Shown here one piece after another: positions 7,779-11,537 of a DNA stretch of 11,537 nt. Where the stretch lies: positions 1-11,537 of the forward strand of contig CAZVZC010000050.1 of NCBI GenBank assembly GCA_964631415.1, in the 5' to 3' direction. How positions within the stretch are numbered: the first letter of the stretch is position 1; each line of letters begins with the position of its first letter. The stretch comes from an uncultured archaeon (lineage in GTDB: Archaea; Asgardarchaeota; Thorarchaeia; Thorarchaeales; Thorarchaeaceae). Both the position numbers and the translations under genes were made by a program. The notes below the pieces were generated by a model, which was not told the origin of the DNA, searched no databases, and saw only the letters and a program-made list of their open reading frames with translations.

Positions 7779-8054
7779 GTGTCAAAGGAAACACCCCAGA
7801 CTCATTTCGACCTTTACAGGCTCGCGAAGAGCTACGAAAAAATGGGTAGACTTGAGGATGCCTTGTCCGCATATGCCAAAGCGATAGAGCTGCGCCAGGA
7901 CTATGCACATGCGTGGTTCTACAAAGCACAGCTGCATCAGAAGTTGAAGCAGTACAATGAAGCTATACGTTGCGCGCAACGCGCTCTCGAACTTGAACCC
8001 AACTGGACAGAATACATCACTAGAATAATCGCTGACTGTAAGTCCAAGATTTGA
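7779..8054 (+). CDS. Small TPR-repeat protein (about 2 TPRs plus capping helix, 91 aa)
   Basis: LAKSYEKMGRLEDALSAYAKAIELRQDY and AWFYKAQLHQKLKQYNEAIRCAQRALELEPN. SD GGAGGT (7766-7771) favours GTG 7779 over the ORF track's 7638. Confidence 0.85.
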   Translation: MSKETPQTHFDLYRLAKSYEKMGRLEDALSAYAKAIELRQDYAHAWFYKAQLHQKLKQYNEAIRCAQRALELEPNWTEYITRIIADCKSKI

Positions 8055-8062
8055 TCTGCAAC

Positions 8063-9109
8063 CTAGACTGACTTGGCGACATCCTCGACCGCCTGAGCTG
8101 CTCTGATCATATCTTCGCGGTTCACCATCCTATGGGTCACGAACCGAATCCGTGTGCCGTATTCGCCATAGACGAGAACTCCGCGCTTCTTCAGCTCCTC
8201 CGAGAACTTCATCGCATCGATGTGCATCTTGTCCAGTCTGATGAAGAGTATGTTTGTTTCTGGAGGCTCTTCCATGACTATGCGTGGAATCTTGGACAGT
8301 TTCTCGAAGAGCAATCGAGCATTTGAGTGGTCTTCCTTCAGACGCGTGACCATCTTCTCCAAAGCTATGATGCCCGGAGCTGCGATTATTCCTGCCTGCC
8401 TCATTCCTCCGCCCATCTTCTTCCTGATTCTGTGGGCTTGGTGGATGAACTCTTCAGTTCCTGACACGATTGAACCTACCGGGGCAGAAAGCCCCTTGCT
8501 TAGACATATCATCACACTGTCCACATCTTTCACTAAGTTCTTGGCGGGGACATCGAGTGCGACCGCTGCATTGAACAGGCGTGCCCCATCACAGTGGACC
8601 TTGAGGCCGTGTTCGTGGGCCATCTTTGCCAGCGCGCTTACTTGGTCTGGTCTGATCACGGTTCCTCCGGCGTAGTTATGAGTGTTCTCGACTACGACCA
8701 TTGAGGTTCGAGCGTAATGGGGGTCATCTGATTTAATAGAGTCTCGAAGAGTTTCTGGAGTAATGTATCCTCTCACACCCTTCACAGGCATTGGGTAGAG
8801 ACCGCCCAGAGATGCCATCGCTCCTCCCTCAAAGACGAACGTGTGAGACTGATCTTCTACAACGACTTCGTCGCCTCTGTTGGTTTGGGCGAACAACGAA
8901 ACGAGGTTGCCCTGAGTCCCAGAGGTCACGAGCAAAGCCGCCTCTTTTCCGAGAATCCTAGCAGCCTTCTCCTGAAGCTCATTAACCACCTGATCCTCAC
9001 CGGAAACATCATCGCCAAAACGGCCCGCCTTGTGCGCGGCCATGATTGCTTCTACCATTTCATCAGTCGGCAGGGTCACCGTGTCGCTGCGAAGGTCAAT
9101 GGTCTTCAT
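8063..9109 (-). CDS. ltaE: Low-specificity L-threonine aldolase (PLP-dependent)
   Basis: IDLRSDTVTLPT, GDDV, SGTQGN, ENTHN, DGARLFNA, CLSKGLSAPVGS (PLP lysine), RKKMGGGMRQAG. Confidence 0.95.
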   Translation of the reverse strand: MKTIDLRSDTVTLPTDEMVEAIMAAHKAGRFGDDVSGEDQVVNELQEKAARILGKEAALLVTSGTQGNLVSLFAQTNRGDEVVVEDQSHTFVFEGGAMASLGGLYPMPVKGVRGYITPETLRDSIKSDDPHYARTSMVVVENTHNYAGGTVIRPDQVSALAKMAHEHGLKVHCDGARLFNAAVALDVPAKNLVKDVDSVMICLSKGLSAPVGSIVSGTEEFIHQAHRIRKKMGGGMRQAGIIAAPGIIALEKMVTRLKEDHSNARLLFEKLSKIPRIVMEEPPETNILFIRLDKMHIDAMKFSEELKKRGVLVYGEYGTRIRFVTHRMVNREDMIRAAQAVEDVAKSV

Positions 9110-9167
9110 GCCTGAGTTGACAATCGACTTGCCGATTTAGCCTTGTTGTAAGGGGTCGTTCACCAAT

Positions 9168-9178
9168 GCATAAAGGCT
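9168..9178 (-). promoter_or_regulatory. Putative TATA box for ltaE
   Basis: The minus strand reads AGCCTTTATGC and shares the 9-mer AGCCTTTAT with the mutase promoter (4114-4122). It lies about 65 nt upstream of the ltaE ATG. Confidence 0.4.
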
Positions 9179-9297
9179 GTGCAGGTTTCGCCTGCTGATG
9201 GTCTGCTTACCAGAGCAGAGGCGGCTCCATTGACCGGTTCTGCCGTGCAAGGTGTATTCCTGTCTGCGTTCGATGATGTGGGCTGCTGCCTGTCGGA

Positions 9298-9338
9298 CAA
9301 AGGTTAAATGGCGATGAGGAGGGCCTGACTCCTTATAT
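9298..9338 (+). promoter_or_regulatory. Putative promoter(s) for the AsnB-like gene
   Basis: CAAAGG-TTAAAT (TATA 9304-9309, 58 nt before the ATG) and TTATAT (9333-9338, at leaderless-type spacing). The two cannot be distinguished from sequence alone. Confidence 0.35.
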
Positions 9339-9361
9339 GCGACCCTAAGGAAGAATCTTCT

Positions 9362-10609
9362 ATGCAGCAAGCCAAACCTGACCGGGTGACGAAGCTATCG
9401 GCAGAGTTGGGTCCGAAGAACCTCGAGGAGCTGCGCGCCATACTGACGCTGCGCTATTACCCCAAGGGACTGACTCTTCTGCCTAAGTTGACGTGGCGCG
9501 ACTTCATTCCGTATTCTGGGATTGAGAACGTCGTGAAGCCCATGATTGAAGGTGCCATCAAGGCAGATATCGACTACAGAAAGCCCAAGACGGTCGGGAT
9601 TGCCATCAGTGGCGGTGTGGACAGCACAACAGTACTGGCGCTGACCCGGAAAATGTACCCACAGCTAGACATCAAATCGCTATGTATCACATTCGGCCAG
9701 GATACTGTCGAAGCGGGAGATGCACAGAATGCTGCCGACATGTTTGAGACTGACCACCTTCACATGAACCTTGAAGGTCCCTTTGAAACTCTCCCCGCGC
9801 AAATCGCGGTTCTCAAAGTGCCTCGGTGGAATGCATACATGTACTTCGTCTTTGAATACTTCGCCAAAAAGAAGGTGGACATGGTCCTTACAGGCGACGG
9901 CGGCGATGAGAATTTCGGAGGCTACATATTTCGCTACAAACAACTCTTGAGCCCTCCAGCGGAGCGTATTGACGCGCGGACTTATCTGGACGCACACAAG
10001 ATGGATTGGGTCCCCGATCAGCCCAAGCTCTTCGGGGCGCGCATGAAATTCTCTTGGGATGAAATCTACTCATATGTGAGTGAGTACTTCTCCAACCCAC
10101 TGAGTAAGCTGGGCCAAATCTTCTTGGCCGACTACAGCGGCAAACTGTTGTACGATTTCGCCCCGACGAACAACGCCTTTGCCAAGCATTTCGCTCTCGA
10201 GTCGGTCGCTCCCATGCTCAGCACCGAAGTAATCCATGTGGCTAGCCACCTTCCGTATGAGTTCAAATACGACCACAAGAACAACATCGGCAAAGTCATA
10301 CTCAGGCAGATACTTCTAGGCAACTTCGCGTACAAGGCGGCACTCAAGGGAAAAATCGGCTTTGGCATGGACCGATTCGAAATGTGGCGTACGAATAAGG
10401 ACCGCGTCACATCCGTGCTAGACGACGCACGCTGCGTCAAGATGGGCTTAATTGACAAGGAGTGGCTGAAAAGGGCGTTCGATAAGACAGAATCCGAAAC
10501 AGAAGAAACGAGGCTGCGCTACATCACAAGACTTTTCGCAATCTTGGCGCTCGAGGTCTGGTTGCGACTTTTCGTGACGAAGGAATTGAAGGCGACCGAC
10601 AAGCTCTGA
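9362..10609 (+). CDS. Asparagine synthetase-like amide ligase, synthetase domain only (likely glycan amidation)
   Basis: PP-loop ISGGVDS, LTGDGGDENFGGY, GKVILRQIL, KIGFG. No N-terminal MCG Ntn-glutaminase domain. Adjacent to glycosyltransferases. Confidence 0.85.
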   Translation: MQQAKPDRVTKLSAELGPKNLEELRAILTLRYYPKGLTLLPKLTWRDFIPYSGIENVVKPMIEGAIKADIDYRKPKTVGIAISGGVDSTTVLALTRKMYPQLDIKSLCITFGQDTVEAGDAQNAADMFETDHLHMNLEGPFETLPAQIAVLKVPRWNAYMYFVFEYFAKKKVDMVLTGDGGDENFGGYIFRYKQLLSPPAERIDARTYLDAHKMDWVPDQPKLFGARMKFSWDEIYSYVSEYFSNPLSKLGQIFLADYSGKLLYDFAPTNNAFAKHFALESVAPMLSTEVIHVASHLPYEFKYDHKNNIGKVILRQILLGNFAYKAALKGKIGFGMDRFEMWRTNKDRVTSVLDDARCVKMGLIDKEWLKRAFDKTESETEETRLRYITRLFAILALEVWLRLFVTKELKATDKL

Positions 10610-10642
10610 GTCAGCCACCAGTCTACTGGGCGAGGAAATTCG

Positions 10643-10834
10643 ATGGCCGACATGTGCTACACTGCCGTAATCCCATACAGAGATGGGAAGACGACAATTG
10701 AACGGACACCGCAGTCCCTATACGCACAGAGCATTCCGGCCACAGAAACAATCGTCGTTGATGACGCTTCGAGGAATCGAACGCCCCGGATTCTCAAGAC
10801 CGGTCAGTTGTTTGCAGGACTGTTGGAGGAATAA
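10643..10834 (+). pseudogene. Truncated GT2 (GT-A) glycosyltransferase N-terminal remnant
   Basis: TAVIPYRDGKTTIERTPQSLYAQS…ETIVVDDASRNRTPRIL matches the GT2 N-terminal pattern (VIPxYN…IxxxLxSLxxQ…IIVVDDGSxDxT). It stops after 63 aa with no DXD motif and no room for a continuation. SD GAGGA at 10632-10636. Confidence 0.75.
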
Positions 10835-10836
10835 AG

Positions 10837-11537
10837 ATGAAGCAGACCGTTGCACACTTTGGCAACATGGCAAATGACGCTTTCCCTGTTGTTGAAGAAC
10901 TGCAGGCTTCTGGCGAAAAGGTGCATCTCTACATTTCCCTTCCCACTCACGTGACCGCTCTTCCCCAGTGGGAATTGAACGGATTCGAGATGGCAGAGAT
11001 AGGCAATCCATATTCGCCCAACATGAACGTGCTGAACCGCGGATATGAGCAGCCCGAGTGGCTTCATTTCTTCAGGCTGAAGGGGAATGCGTTCTCACGA
11101 CTGAACATGCTGCGAAGGATAATGGGAAAATACGACCTGATAGTCGCCCATACACCTTTCTTCCTGTACACCTATCTTTTCCGCACCAAGTACATTCCCT
11201 TCGAGGCAGGAACAATCAGATACTTCAATCAGGGAACAGGATTGCAGGATCGCGTGCGGTTCCGGTTGATGGAACAAAGCTATCGCCACGCCAAGATCGT
11301 GCTGATGACGAATCCTGACACACTCGACCTCTGTGAGCGGTACGGAGTTCACTGGGAGTTCATTCCCTTCGCCATCAACATGAAGCGATACAGTCCAAAG
11401 AAGACTGAAGACCTCGGCCATGAGAACGTGATTCTGTGCTTCTCCCGACATGTCTGGTCGGAGAAGGGTCAGGACAGACTAATCAGAGCATTCGCCAGAT
11501 TTGTCAAAGACAACAGAGACTCCTTGCTCGTTTTCTC
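10837..11537 (+). CDS. GT4 (GT-B fold) glycosyltransferase, 3'-truncated by the window edge
   Basis: Absent from the ORF track and translated by hand from ATG 10837 (SD GGAGGA 10825-10830), open to the end: MKQTVAHFGNMANDAFPVVEELQASGEKVHL…YDLIVAH…FIPFAINMKRYSP…ILCFSRHVWSEKGQDRLIRAFARFVKDNRDSLLVF. This has the GT4 linker and R…KG donor-binding pattern. Confidence 0.88.
   Translation, partial: MKQTVAHFGNMANDAFPVVEELQASGEKVHLYISLPTHVTALPQWELNGFEMAEIGNPYSPNMNVLNRGYEQPEWLHFFRLKGNAFSRLNMLRRIMGKYDLIVAHTPFFLYTYLFRTKYIPFEAGTIRYFNQGTGLQDRVRFRLMEQSYRHAKIVLMTNPDTLDLCERYGVHWEFIPFAINMKRYSPKKTEDLGHENVILCFSRHVWSEKGQDRLIRAFARFVKDNRDSLLVF

Noticed and set aside
7930-8065. Genome-wide TAG reassignment, suggested by in-frame TAG junctions at 2731 and 4571
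   Set aside because: ltaE ends in TAG at its expected C-terminus and readthrough would run about 40 codons antisense into the TPR gene. No TAG interrupts a conserved domain in this window.
9310-9335. GGCGATGAGG…TGACTCCT resembling a fluoride riboswitch
   Set aside because: The internal stem and GCUGAUG segment are missing, P1 pairing is incomplete, and there is no fluoride-related gene nearby.
9110-10834. Lasso-peptide cluster interpretation of the AsnB-like gene
   Set aside because: No precursor-like short ORF, RRE or B2 protease; the neighbours are glycosyltransferases.
10971-10980. GGAATTGAAC, the reverse complement of a tRNA T-loop (GTTCAATTCC)
   Set aside because: No cloverleaf can be built, and it lies inside the open GT4 frame (W-E-L-N).
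72-11451. The many short antisense or alternate-frame ORFs in the track (e.g. 72..377, 1519..1908, 3536..3961, 5047..5529, 8220..8675, 11058..11318, 11095..11451)
   Set aside because: Nearly all shadow well-supported genes (72..377 instead overlaps the candidate RNA region), and none shows recognisable motifs.
1-11537. CRISPR arrays, transposases, integrases, tRNA/rRNA genes
   Set aside because: No regularly spaced repeats, terminal-inverted-repeat elements or corresponding motifs were seen.

Overview
Archaeal-looking window: GGAGG(TG) Shine-Dalgarno sites, TATA-like boxes roughly 50-65 nt upstream of starts, a split methylmalonyl-CoA mutase and many TTG starts. An Asgard/Thorarchaeota-like origin is inference only. 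In order: ~460 nt without a convincing gene but rich in long-range pairing (36-494); a 2-TM zinc-ribbon protein; a glutaconate-type family I CoA-transferase alpha/beta pair plus a HAD hydrolase; a helical hypothetical protein; a B12-dependent methylmalonyl-CoA mutase operon (B12-binding subunit, MeaB, catalytic subunit, epimerase); a small TPR protein; a convergent low-specificity threonine aldolase; and the start of a glycan locus (AsnB-like synthetase lacking the glutaminase N-terminus, a truncated GT2 remnant, and a GT4 glycosyltransferase running off the window that the ORF track missed). Most of it is recognisable metabolism. The best leads are the candidate structured RNA at the left end, the IcmF-like gene order with an in-frame single-amber junction, and the glutaminase-less AsnB module. 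All folds were paired by eye and none is computed.
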